Below, piece by piece: positions 44,161 to 53,234 of a stretch of 64,000 nucleotides of DNA. The notes beneath the pieces are model-generated. The model was not told the DNA's origin and searched no databases. It worked only from the letters and a program-made list of their open reading frames with translations. Position 1 is the stretch's first letter; the number at the start of each line of letters is the position of its first letter. This stretch comes from Candidatus Sumerlaeia bacterium (GTDB lineage: Bacteria; Sumerlaeota; Sumerlaeia; SLMS01; JANRJK01), in the NCBI GenBank assembly GCA_033764015.1, contig JANRJK010000031.1:80987-144986 (forward strand), written 5' to 3'. The position numbers and the translations under genes were made by a program.

Positions 44161-44385
44161 ATGAAGTTCATCGTTACATTGGAGCCCGGCGAGGACGGCA
44201 TGTGGGTGTGCGAATGCCCGTCGATCCCGGGCTGCGTCACACAGGGCCGCTCGCGCGACGGGGCGGTCTCGAATGTTCGCGAGGCGATCGAGGGCTGCCT
44301 CGAAGCCCGCGCGGAACTGGGCCTTCCGCGCAAGCGCGAGAGGGTCGGCGAACCTGTCGGTGGCTCGAGCCGCGAGCGCGGTTGA
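44161..44385 (+). CDS. hicB: HicB-family antitoxin (orphan, with a chimeric C-terminus)
   Basis: EDGMWVCECPSIPGCVTQG.S..AVSNVREAIE; SD AGGAG. Confidence 0.8.
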   Translation: MKFIVTLEPGEDGMWVCECPSIPGCVTQGRSRDGAVSNVREAIEGCLEARAELGLPRKRERVGEPVGGSSRERG

Positions 44386-44389
44386 TCGG
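44344..44389 (+). repeat. Imperfect direct repeat, copy 1 (pairs with 46504-46549)
   Basis: 39/46 identical by hand alignment, including a perfect 19-bp CGCGAGCGCGGTTGATCGG. Confidence 0.9.
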
Positions 44390-44457
44390 GCGCGATTCCT
44401 ATTGCAGAGCGGGCGGCTCGCGGCGAATCATTCGCGAAACCACGCCGAGGCGGAGCC

Positions 44458-45435
44458 ATGCCACCCAAAGCCAGCCAACTAACTGCAGCGACCGCCTCCG
44501 ACGCGATCGTTTTTGAGGGCGATTGCTTGGAACTGCTTCGGACTGTGGCCGACGGGCAGGTTCAGTTGGTGGTCACGTCCCCGCCTTACAACCTCGGGAA
44601 GGAGTACGAGAAGCGCTCCTCCATCGATCAATATGTCGCATGGCAATCGCAAGTCATCAGGGAATGCTTGCGCGTGCTCAAGCCGGAGGGCAGCATTTGC
44701 TGGCAGGTGGGAAACTATGTTGACAATGGTTCGATTATACCGCTGGACATTGTGCTGTACCCAGTTTTTGCATCACTTGGCATGAAGATGAGGAATCGAA
44801 TCATTTGGCACTTCGAACATGGCCTGCACTGTAAGCGCCGCCTTTCAGGGCGGTACGAGACTGTGATTTGGTTCACCAAGTCCGAGGATTTCTATTTCGA
44901 TCTCGACCCGATTCGAGTGCCCCAGAAGTACCCAGGCAAGCGATACTTCAAGGGCCCACGGGCGGGCGAATTATCCTGCAACCCCAAAGGAAAGAACCCT
45001 GGTGACGTTTGGATCATCCCAAACGTTAAGAGCAATCACGTAGAGAAGACTGCCCACCCGTGCCAATTCCCCATCGAGTTGGTCGAGCGATTAATCCTCT
45101 CCATGAGCAGGGCCGGGGACGTTGTGCTGGACCCATTCGCCGGAACTGGGTCAACAATGGCCGCAGCCGTTAGGAACGGGCGTAAAGGGTGGGGCGCCGA
45201 GAAGGAACAGAAGTATGCAACCATCGCGAGGTCTAGGATTTCCCTAGCAAAGAAGGGAACTCTCCCTGTAAGGGAGCGCAACACCCCAGTCTTTGATCCC
45301 AAGCATGCGGGGGCGAAGCTTACAACTGCTCCGTGGATTGTTGTTAGTGACCCGGGGGCTGTCCCTTCTAGTGACGAAGATGGGCAAATAGCATTTTGCG
45401 AGGAACCGATGGCTTACAGTGAGGGAGCAAGATGA
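44458..45435 (+). CDS. Type II DNA methyltransferase, beta-class amino-MTase (probably m4C)
   Basis: TSPPYN catalytic motif before DPFAGTGS SAM-binding motif; HPCQFP; AT-richer codon usage. Confidence 0.93.
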   Translation: MPPKASQLTAATASDAIVFEGDCLELLRTVADGQVQLVVTSPPYNLGKEYEKRSSIDQYVAWQSQVIRECLRVLKPEGSICWQVGNYVDNGSIIPLDIVLYPVFASLGMKMRNRIIWHFEHGLHCKRRLSGRYETVIWFTKSEDFYFDLDPIRVPQKYPGKRYFKGPRAGELSCNPKGKNPGDVWIIPNVKSNHVEKTAHPCQFPIELVERLILSMSRAGDVVLDPFAGTGSTMAAAVRNGRKGWGAEKEQKYATIARSRISLAKKGTLPVRERNTPVFDPKHAGAKLTTAPWIVVSDPGAVPSSDEDGQIAFCEEPMAYSEGAR

Positions 45436-46043
45436 AGATCGGCGGTGTTTACTCGCATCTCAACGGGTTGGAATACCTCATGGTGCGACGACCGGGGCTG
45501 TGGGAGAGTGTTGCCTCGATCATCGAGGCTGTTGATGCCAATAAGTGTCGGACAAAGGTTAGCCGCGAGTCAGGGATGAAGGGAGAGTTAAAGTACTCGC
45601 CCATTGAAATGAACGCCCGGTTCAAAGCTCTTCTGCAGGAAGCTGCTTGGAAAGAAAGCAGGGTGACGTATTGGGTGACTTCAGATGAGCGCTTGATCCG
45701 CGCGACATTACCAAAGCCAGCCCCTGAGCAAAAGGCCGACATCGAAGCCGCTGGCCACACGCCGATCCTTAGTTACAACCAAACCGACTTCATCAAGGAC
45801 CGCGTGGCGCTCGAAGTCCAGTTTGGCAAGTACGCCTTTGTTGCATACGACCTCTTCGTGAAGCACCTCGCGTTCTACGTCCGCGACGAAATCGACGTGG
45901 GTATCGAGATTCTTCCCATGAAGTCGCTCCAAGCCGAGATGTCCTCAGGCCCCGGCTACTACGAGGGGGAACTCTACAACGTCATTCGCAACGGCCGCGG
46001 AGTCCCTGCCGTGCCGCTGGTCTTGGTCGGCGTCGAGGTTTAG
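45432..46043 (+). CDS. Type II restriction endonuclease, BstYI/BglII family
   Basis: YSHLNGLEY, SYNQTDFIKDRVALEVQFGKYAFVAYDLFVKH, EMSSG..YYEGELYNVIR.GRGVPAVPLVL closely resemble BstYI as recalled; ATGA overlap with the MTase. Confidence 0.92.
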   Translation: MKIGGVYSHLNGLEYLMVRRPGLWESVASIIEAVDANKCRTKVSRESGMKGELKYSPIEMNARFKALLQEAAWKESRVTYWVTSDERLIRATLPKPAPEQKADIEAAGHTPILSYNQTDFIKDRVALEVQFGKYAFVAYDLFVKHLAFYVRDEIDVGIEILPMKSLQAEMSSGPGYYEGELYNVIRNGRGVPAVPLVLVGVEV

Positions 46044-46050
46044 GTCTCCC

Positions 46051-46545
46051 ATGCCCTCCTCCGCCACCATCCCCCTCGAAGCCGTCCTTCGCGCGTGGGA
46101 CCGCCACAACCAGGCGCTGTTGAACCTGCTCGCGCTGATCCCCGAAGGCGGCCTTTCCGCGCGGGCCGCCGAGGGCAGCCCCACCGTCTCCGAAGTGCTC
46201 TCCCATGCGCACCACGAGCGGCTCGTCTCGGTCGCCGAGGAGGCGCCCGAGGCCGCCCGCGCGGTGCCCGGCCGCGAGTGGGCCCACGAGCCCGACCCGG
46301 CCGTCCTCGCCCGTCAAATCGCGGAGAGCGCCGCCGCCGTCCGCGAGGCGGTCCGAGGCCGCGTCGAAGCGGGGCGCCCGCTCGAAAGCAGCTTCGACCA
46401 CCCCGTCACCCTGATCCACTTCCTGACATTCCACGAGGGCTACCACCGCGGGCAGATCAAGCTCGCGCTCAAGGTCGCCGGCGTCCCGCTCTCCGACGAC
46501 GTCGTCGGCGAACCGGTCTGGGGCTTCTGGCGCGAGCGCGGTTGA
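46051..46545 (+). CDS. DinB/YfiT-family four-helix protein
   Basis: TVSEVLSH..H and HEGYHRGQI His motifs. Confidence 0.85.
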   Translation: MPSSATIPLEAVLRAWDRHNQALLNLLALIPEGGLSARAAEGSPTVSEVLSHAHHERLVSVAEEAPEAARAVPGREWAHEPDPAVLARQIAESAAAVREAVRGRVEAGRPLESSFDHPVTLIHFLTFHEGYHRGQIKLALKVAGVPLSDDVVGEPVWGFWRERG

Positions 46546-46549
46546 TCGG
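46504..46549 (+). repeat. Imperfect direct repeat, copy 2 (3' end of the DinB-family gene)
   Basis: Exactly 2160 bp downstream of copy 1. Confidence 0.9.
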
Positions 46550-46652
46550 CGGGAATCCCGGGCGCGCCGCCCGCCGGACGCGCCTCCTTCGCCTTGCTAT
46601 CTCCATCGAGTCGTGCTGGCATGCTAAGCGAGTCCAAGAAGGAGGACGAGCC

Positions 46653-46877
46653 ATGCCACGCTACCACGTTTACCGGTCGATCGCGGGAATCCGCCTGGGC
46701 GAGGACGACTCCGAGCCGCAGTTCGTTTTCCTCAAGGAGGACGACATCAAGACGGGCCTGGTGGTGCCGGGCAGCAACCCGATGCTGGCGCACGACGCCG
46801 AGGCGGTGATCGAGGCGAAGACCCCCGCGGAGGCCGCGGAAAGGCACCGGGAGAACAGGGAGAACGCCTTCCACTAA
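46653..46877 (+). CDS. Small hypothetical protein (74 aa)
   Basis: Strong SD AAGGAGG, ATG, typical codon bias (MPRYHVYRSIAGIRL...). Confidence 0.7.
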   Translation: MPRYHVYRSIAGIRLGEDDSEPQFVFLKEDDIKTGLVVPGSNPMLAHDAEAVIEAKTPAEAAERHRENRENAFH

Positions 46878-46913
46878 CGGGCACCCGCGGCGGGCGGGAA
46901 GCTGCTTGAGGCA

Positions 46914-49826
46914 GTGGGGCCGGTGCGGGATGCTTCCGCTTTCCGAGGTGCCCCGCCCCTGCCCGCCGCTCCCGCCCGCACACCCGACGACCTGCTCCGC
47001 GACCTGCGCTCGCGCCTGCGCGGCGACGTCCGCGCCGACGCGGTGCGCCGCGGCATGTACGCCACCGACGCCAGCATCTACCAGCAGATCCCCGTCGCCG
47101 TCGCGGTGCCGCGCGACGCGGAGGACGTGCTCGCCGCGGTCGCCGTGGCGCGCGAGCGCGGCGTGCCGCTCCTCGCCCGCGGCGGCGGCACCGCCCTCGC
47201 CGGGCAGACCATCACCGAGGGCGTCGTCCTCGATTTCTCGAAGCACATGGCGCGCGTCCTCGAGGTGGACGCGGACGAGGGCTGGGCACGCGTCGAGCCC
47301 GGCGTGGTCCGCGACCACCTGAACGACGCCGTCAAGTCCACCGGCCTCATGTTCGCCCCCGAGACGTCCACCTCGAACCGCGCGACGCTCGGCGGCATGA
47401 TCGCCAACAACAGCTCCGGCATGATGAGCATCCGCTACGGGCGCACCAGCGAGCACGTCCTCGAACTCGACGCGGCGCTGGCGGACGGCTCGCGGGCGCT
47501 CTTCCGCGAGGGCGGCGTCGACGGCGCCGGCGCGCTCCCGCGGCGCCTCCTGGACCTGGTGCTGCCGCGCCGCGCGGAGATCGAGGCGCGCTGGCCCCGC
47601 GTGCTGCGCCGCGTCGGCGGCTATTCGCTCGACGAACTGCTCAAGCCCGAGCCCGACTTCGCCAAGTTCCTCTGCGGCAGCGAGGGCACGCTCGCGCTGC
47701 TCCTCGGCGCGAAGGTGCGCCTGGTGCCCCAGCCGAAGCACGTCGCGCTCCTCGCCGCCCACTTCACCGACTTCCTCGAGAGCCTCCGCGTCGTGCCAGA
47801 GCTCGTCGCGCTCGCGCCGCTCTCCATCGAGCTGGTCGACGGCGCCACGCTCTCGCTGTCCAAGTCCAACTCCGCCACCGCGCACCTGTGCGGCTTCGTG
47901 ATGGGCGAGCCCGCCTCGATGCTGACGATCGAGACGACCGGCGACAGCGAGGCGGAGGCCTGGGCCCGCGCCGCGGAGGCCGAGGCGGTGCTGCGCCGCC
48001 GCCCGTCCTACTACGGCAGCTTCGAGGGGCGCACCGCCGCCCAGCGCAAGCAGGTCGCCGAGGTGCGCAAGGCGGGCCTCGGCGTCACCCAGAAGACACC
48101 CGGCGACGCCAAGCCGATCTCCTTCGTCGAGGACTCCGCGGTCCCCGTCGAGCACCTCGCCGACTACATGGCCGACGTGGTCGCCATCACGCGCGCGGAG
48201 GGCCTCGACCACGTCGTCTACGGCCACGCGTCAGTCGGCGTGCTGCACTTCAAGCCGATCCTCAGCCTCAAGAGCGCGGACGACCTCGCGCGCATGGACC
48301 GCATCTCGACCGCGGTGATGGAGCGCGTCCGACACTACGGCGGCTCCTGGAGCGGCGAGCACGGCGACGGCATCATGCGCGGCGCCAAGAACGAAGCGTT
48401 CTGGGGGGCGGAAATCACCGGGCTTTTCCGCGCCGTGAAGGGCCTCCTCGATCCCGCCGGCCTGATGAACCCGGGCAAGATCATCGACACGCCCGGCCTC
48501 CTCGAAGCGCAGCGCTACGGCCCCGGGTACCGCGCCGGCTGGGACGCCCGGTGGTTCCAGTTCCGCGCCGAGGGCGGCTTCCACGCCGCCGTCGAGCTCT
48601 GCAACGGCACCGGCGCCTGCAGGAAGTTCGGCTCCGGCACCATGTGCCCCAGCTTCATGGCCACCCGCGACGAGGAGCACACCACCCGCGGACGCGCCAA
48701 CGCGCTGCGCCTCGCCATGAGCGGCCAGCTCGGCCCCGGCGCGATGACCTCGAAGGACCTCTTCGACGCGCTCGACCTCTGCCTCGAATGCAAGGCGTGC
48801 AAGTCCGAGTGCCCCTCGAACGTGGACATGGCGAAGATGAAGTCCGAGTTCCTCGCCGCCTACCATGCGGAGCACGGCGCCTCGCTCCGCGACCGCCTCT
48901 TCGCGCACAACGCGCGGAGCGCCGCGCTCGCCTCCGGGCCGCTCGCGCCGCTCGTCAACGCGGTGGCGGGATCGGCCCCCGCGCGCTGGCTGCTCGACGC
49001 GGTCGCCGGCGTGGACGCGCGCCGCAAGCCCCCCCGCTATGCCCCGCAGCGCTTCACCGACTGGCACCGGCGCCATGAAAGCGCGCTGCCCGCCGACGCC
49101 CCGCGCGCGCTCCTCTTCGTCGACACCTATCTCGAGCACTACGAGCCCGAGGTCGGCGTCTGGCTCGTGCGCCTCGGCGAGGCGCTCGGCTGGCGCGTCG
49201 AACCGCTCGCGGCCGGCTGCTGCCAGCGGCCCCGCATCTCGAAGGGCTTCCTCGAGGACGCGCGCCGCGAAGGCGCGGGGACGCTGCGCGCGCTGGCGGA
49301 GGCCCTCGCGCCCGGCGCTCCCGTCGCCGTCTGCGAGCCGAGCTGCCTCACCGCGCTCGCCGACGACCTGCCCGACCTGATGCCGGAGCCCATGCTTCCC
49401 GGGCAGGCGGCGGACCGGTTCCTCTCCGCGGAGGAGCTGCTGCTCCGCATGTGGCGCGAAGCGCCGATCCGCCCCGCGCCTCCGGCGGACCCGCGGCCGC
49501 ACCTGTTGCACGGCCACTGCCACCAGAAGGCCTTCCGCGGAACGGACGCGGTCCGCGCGCTCTACTCCGAGGCGGGGATTCCGCTGCGCGAGATCCCGAG
49601 CGGCTGCTGCGGCATGGCGGGCAGCTTCGGCTACGAGCGCGAGCACTACGAACTGTCGGTGAAGATCGCCGAGGACCGCCTGCTGCCGGCGGTGCGCGCC
49701 ATGGCGCCGGGCACCGTGCTCGTGGCGAGCGGCTTTTCGTGCCGGCACCAGATCTCCGAACTCGCCGCCGTCGAAGCGGTCCACGCTGTGGTCGCCTTCG
49801 GGCGCCAGGTGCTCGGGGGCCGCTGA
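46914..49826 (+). CDS. FAD-binding and Fe-S oxidoreductase (GlcD/GlcF fusion, YdiJ-like)
   Basis: RGGGTALAGQ, GSEGTL, SGEHGDG, CNGTGAC, CLECKACKSECP, HGHCHQ, GCCGMAG, GFSC; start uncertain. Confidence 0.92.
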   Translation: MGPVRDASAFRGAPPLPAAPARTPDDLLRDLRSRLRGDVRADAVRRGMYATDASIYQQIPVAVAVPRDAEDVLAAVAVARERGVPLLARGGGTALAGQTITEGVVLDFSKHMARVLEVDADEGWARVEPGVVRDHLNDAVKSTGLMFAPETSTSNRATLGGMIANNSSGMMSIRYGRTSEHVLELDAALADGSRALFREGGVDGAGALPRRLLDLVLPRRAEIEARWPRVLRRVGGYSLDELLKPEPDFAKFLCGSEGTLALLLGAKVRLVPQPKHVALLAAHFTDFLESLRVVPELVALAPLSIELVDGATLSLSKSNSATAHLCGFVMGEPASMLTIETTGDSEAEAWARAAEAEAVLRRRPSYYGSFEGRTAAQRKQVAEVRKAGLGVTQKTPGDAKPISFVEDSAVPVEHLADYMADVVAITRAEGLDHVVYGHASVGVLHFKPILSLKSADDLARMDRISTAVMERVRHYGGSWSGEHGDGIMRGAKNEAFWGAEITGLFRAVKGLLDPAGLMNPGKIIDTPGLLEAQRYGPGYRAGWDARWFQFRAEGGFHAAVELCNGTGACRKFGSGTMCPSFMATRDEEHTTRGRANALRLAMSGQLGPGAMTSKDLFDALDLCLECKACKSECPSNVDMAKMKSEFLAAYHAEHGASLRDRLFAHNARSAALASGPLAPLVNAVAGSAPARWLLDAVAGVDARRKPPRYAPQRFTDWHRRHESALPADAPRALLFVDTYLEHYEPEVGVWLVRLGEALGWRVEPLAAGCCQRPRISKGFLEDARREGAGTLRALAEALAPGAPVAVCEPSCLTALADDLPDLMPEPMLPGQAADRFLSAEELLLRMWREAPIRPAPPADPRPHLLHGHCHQKAFRGTDAVRALYSEAGIPLREIPSGCCGMAGSFGYEREHYELSVKIAEDRLLPAVRAMAPGTVLVASGFSCRHQISELAAVEAVHAVVAFGRQVLGGR

Positions 49827-49860
49827 AAAAGGGGCCGCCCCGGCGGGGAACCGGGGCGGC
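49826..49860 (-). terminator. Terminator for the cold-shock gene (possibly bidirectional)
   Basis: Stem GCCGCCCCGG/CCGGGGCGGC, then CCCTTTTT on the minus strand. Confidence 0.7.
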
Positions 49861-49897
49861 GGTTGCTGCGGTTGGTCGGGGGCGGAACGCTACCGGA

Positions 49898-50104
49898 TCA
49901 GTCGGCCAACTGCACGTTGTTGGCCTGGGCGCCCTTGGGGCCGCTGGCGGCCTCGTAGCTGACCCGCTGGCCTTCCTTCAGCGTGCGGAAGCCGTTCATC
50001 ATGATGGCCGAGTGGTGGACGAAGAGGTCGCCCCCCTTGTCGTCCGGGGAAATGAAGCCGTACCCCTTTGAATCATTGAACCACTTGACGGTGCCTGTCG
50101 GCAT
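49898..50104 (-). CDS. cspA: Cold-shock protein (CspA family)
   Basis: [18 protein letters not shown]...DLFVHHSAI...[18 protein letters not shown]. Confidence 0.95.
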   Translation of the reverse strand: MPTGTVKWFNDSKGYGFISPDDKGGDLFVHHSAIMMNGFRTLKEGQRVSYEAASGPKGAQANNVQLAD

Positions 50105-50455
50105 AACTGCGGTGCTCCTGGTATCGGTCGAAGTAGCCCTCTTACCGCAGCGTCCCCGTCCCCGCGCCCCCGCCCCGGGCTCCGCCGCGCGGCAACGCCC
50201 GCCTGCCCGCGTGGTCCCCGCCCACGCAGCCAAGCGCCGCAACTGCCCCAATCCGCGATCCCGGAAACGACATCGAAAGGTGGTCGACCACAGTAATGAA
50301 GTGCGACCCCATAGGTCGCCCGCGAATCCCGCTTGGGTCAATCCCAAAGGCCTCGGGTCCGTCGACGGCGACCGCCGCCGGATAGGTCCGATGCGTCCGG
50401 AACCACGGAGCGCCCTCGCGCAACGTCGCGCGGAACGCCCCGAAGGAGCCTGCGC

Positions 50456-50818
50456 ATGGCCACCCGCCGGACCCCGCGCCCGAAATCCGCAACCGCCCCC
50501 CGCGCCGCGCCCGCGGCCGCCGCGGAGCCGCTCCAGCCCCGCCTCGCCGCACTGTCGCTCCGGGTCCTCGCGCTCGCGGAGCGCTGGCTCGCCCTCTACG
50601 AGGCGCAGATGGAGGCCGCCGAATCGCGCCCGCCGGACGCCTCCGCCGCGCCGAAGCCGCCGGAACTCGCCACGCTCCGCGAGCTCGTCAACGCCGCCAC
50701 GCTTTGCGTCCGCCTCCGCCAGGCGGGCGCCGCCAACCCGGGGGAGGGAACCGATGCGGATCGACAGCGGATCGATCTCGAAGCTCTCGAACGCGCGCTT
50801 TCTGAGCCTGATCGCTGA
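50456..50818 (+). CDS. Small helical hypothetical protein, candidate terminase small subunit
   Basis: SD AAGGAG + ATG; basic N-terminus ([10 protein letters not shown]); overlaps the start of terL. The TerS role is positional inference only. Confidence 0.55.
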   Translation: MATRRTPRPKSATAPRAAPAAAAEPLQPRLAALSLRVLALAERWLALYEAQMEAAESRPPDASAAPKPPELATLRELVNAATLCVRLRQAGAANPGEGTDADRQRIDLEALERALSEPDR

Positions 50819-52415
50819 GCTGTCGCCGGAGCGCCGCGCGCAGGCGGTCCTCGCGCGCGGCGCCGGCGATCCGGCGTTCTTCGCGCGCTACTTCCTGCCG
50901 CACTACTGCCGACTGCCTTTCGCGCCGTTCCACCGGCGGCTCTTCGATTGGCACCTCGCCATGGGCGGACCGACCGCCGCGCGCGAGGGGCGCCGGCACG
51001 CGCTCGCCGCGCCCCGCGGCCACGCCAAGTCCACCATGGTGAGCCTGGTCCTGCTGCTGCACGACATCGTCCACCGCCGCGAGGAGTTCGTCGTGCTGAT
51101 CTCCGCGACGGAGCGGCAGGCGCAGCAGCGGCTCCGCGCGCTGCGGGCGGAACTCGAGTCGGGCGCGCTCGCCGCCGCGGCGCCGCTCGAGGCGTCGAGC
51201 CGGCGCGAGCTGCTCGCAAACGGCGTCCGCGTGGAAGCCTACGGCGCGGGCTGCGAACTGCGCGGCATCTCGCAGCGCGCCTGGCGCCCCAGCAAGATCG
51301 TCCTGGACGACGCCGAGGACAGCGCCTGCGCCACCAGCCCCCGCCGCCGCGAGGCGCTCGTCGAATGGTTCGGCGAAGTGGTCGAGCACCTCGGCGACCG
51401 CTTCACCAACCTGCTCGCGATCGGCACCGTGCTCCACGAGCGCGGCCTCCTCGCCACGCTGCTGCGCCGCACGGACTTCACCGCGCTGCGCCTGCGCGCG
51501 GTCGAGTCCTTCTCCAGCGAGAAGGCGCACTGGGCGCGCTGGCGCGACCTGCTGCTGGACCGCTCCAGCGAATCGCCGCGGGAGGACGCGCGCGCCTACT
51601 TCCAGCTCCACGCCGCGGCGATGCTCGAAGGCGCCGGCGTCCTCTGGCCCGAGAAGTGGAGCTACGAGGAGCTGATGGCGGCGCTGCACCTGCAGGGGCG
51701 CCGCGCGTTCTACCAGGAGCTGCAGAACAGCCCGCTCGGGCCGGAGGACGCGCTCTTCGACGCGGAGGCGGCGCTGCGCGGCGCGTGGGACGGCGCGTCG
51801 CTGCGGCTGTTCCGCGCGGCGGGCGGGCGGGAGGTCGAGTCCCGCCGCGCCGCCGGCGGCGGCGTCCTCCGCTTCGGCCACCTGGACCTCGCGCTCGGCA
51901 AGGGGCGCGAGCGCGGCCGCGGCGACTTCTCCGCGCTCGCCGTCGTCGCGCGCCTCGCGGACGGGACGCTGTTCGCGGAAAGCCTCTGGGCGCGGCGCGC
52001 GCCGCCATCGGAGCAGGTCGCCCGCCTCTTCGCGCAGCACGACGCGCAGCCGTTCACGCGGCTCGCGGTCGAAGGCACCGGCTTCCAGGAGCTGCTGCTG
52101 CTGCCGATCGAGGAGGAGCGGGCGCGGCGCCGGCGCGCGCGGCTCCGCGCGGACCTGCCCATCGAGCTGGTGAAGCCCACCGCGCGGAAGGAGTCGCGCA
52201 TCGCCGCGCTCGAGCCGCTGCTCGCGAACGGCGCGCTGGCGCTCGCGCCGGACCTCGACGAGGAGTTCTGGGAGGAGCTGGCGCAGTTCCCCCGCTCGCG
52301 CCACGACGACGCGCTGGACGCGCTCGCGGGCGCGGTCGAGCTGGCGCGCTGCGCGGAGGCGCCCCGGATCGCCGACGCGCTCACGCAGGGGCGCCGGGCA
52401 TCGCCGCGCTTCTGA
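50754..52415 (+). CDS. terL: Phage terminase large subunit (ATPase + RNase H-like nuclease)
   Basis: FFARYFLPH, Walker [10 protein letters not shown], Walker B IVLDDAE, motif III IGT, nuclease acidic residues in [17 protein letters not shown] and [13 protein letters not shown]. Confidence 0.9.
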   Translation: MRIDSGSISKLSNARFLSLIAELSPERRAQAVLARGAGDPAFFARYFLPHYCRLPFAPFHRRLFDWHLAMGGPTAAREGRRHALAAPRGHAKSTMVSLVLLLHDIVHRREEFVVLISATERQAQQRLRALRAELESGALAAAAPLEASSRRELLANGVRVEAYGAGCELRGISQRAWRPSKIVLDDAEDSACATSPRRREALVEWFGEVVEHLGDRFTNLLAIGTVLHERGLLATLLRRTDFTALRLRAVESFSSEKAHWARWRDLLLDRSSESPREDARAYFQLHAAAMLEGAGVLWPEKWSYEELMAALHLQGRRAFYQELQNSPLGPEDALFDAEAALRGAWDGASLRLFRAAGGREVESRRAAGGGVLRFGHLDLALGKGRERGRGDFSALAVVARLADGTLFAESLWARRAPPSEQVARLFAQHDAQPFTRLAVEGTGFQELLLLPIEEERARRRRARLRADLPIELVKPTARKESRIAALEPLLANGALALAPDLDEEFWEELAQFPRSRHDDALDALAGAVELARCAEAPRIADALTQGRRASPRF

Positions 52416-52463
52416 CCGCGCGTTCGCCGTTGCCCGGCGGCGCCCGCGCGCGAGGCTCGCCGC

Positions 52464-53234
52464 ATGGAAGCGCTCGCACCCTCCAACCCCTGGATCAAGG
52501 CCCACGCCCCGCACGCGCGGGCGCGCGCCGGGCTGGTGCTCGCGGAGGGCGCCCGCCTGGTGGACGAGGCGCTCGCCGGCGACTGGCCCGTGCTGGCGCT
52601 CGCGCTCTCCGCCGCGGAGGCGGACCGCCACGCGGACCTCGCCGCGCGCGCCCGCGGCCGCCGCGCCGAGGTGCGCATCGCGCAGGCCGCCGCCATGGCG
52701 CGCCTCAGCGACCAGCCCGCCCCGCCCCCGGTGGCCGCGCTGCTGGAGCCGCCCGCCCTCGATACCGCGGAGTGCGGCGGCGCGGAGCGATGGCTCGCGC
52801 TCGATTCCGTCGCCGACCCGGGCAACGCGGGGACGCTGCTGCGCACCGCGCTCGCGTTCGGCTACCGCACACTGCTCTGCGGCGGCGGCGTGCAGCCATG
52901 GAACGAGAAGTTCGTCCGCGCGAGCGGGGGCGCCATCTTCCGCGAGGGGGCCATCGCGCGCTGGACCCCGCCGCGGACGGACCTGTGCGCGCAGCTCGCC
53001 CGCCGCGGCGGCGCGGTGCTCGTGCTCGACGGCGAGGCGGAGGAGACGCTCACGGAGGCGCTCGCGGCGCTCCGCGGCGGACCGCTGGCGCTCGTCGTCG
53101 GCAGCGAAGCCGCCGGCGCGCGGCGCGCGGACTGGCCGGGCGCGCGCTGGGCGCGGCTCCCGATGCCCGGCGGCGCGGAGTCGCTCAACGCCGCCGTCGC
53201 CGGCGCGATCGCGCTCTGGGAGGCGCGCAAGTGA
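52464..53234 (+). CDS. TrmH/SpoU-family RNA methyltransferase
   Basis: EGARLV, DPGNAGTLLRTA, GSEAAG, ESLNAAVAG. Confidence 0.9.
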   Translation: MEALAPSNPWIKAHAPHARARAGLVLAEGARLVDEALAGDWPVLALALSAAEADRHADLAARARGRRAEVRIAQAAAMARLSDQPAPPPVAALLEPPALDTAECGGAERWLALDSVADPGNAGTLLRTALAFGYRTLLCGGGVQPWNEKFVRASGGAIFREGAIARWTPPRTDLCAQLARRGGAVLVLDGEAEETLTEALAALRGGPLALVVGSEAAGARRADWPGARWARLPMPGGAESLNAAVAGAIALWEARK

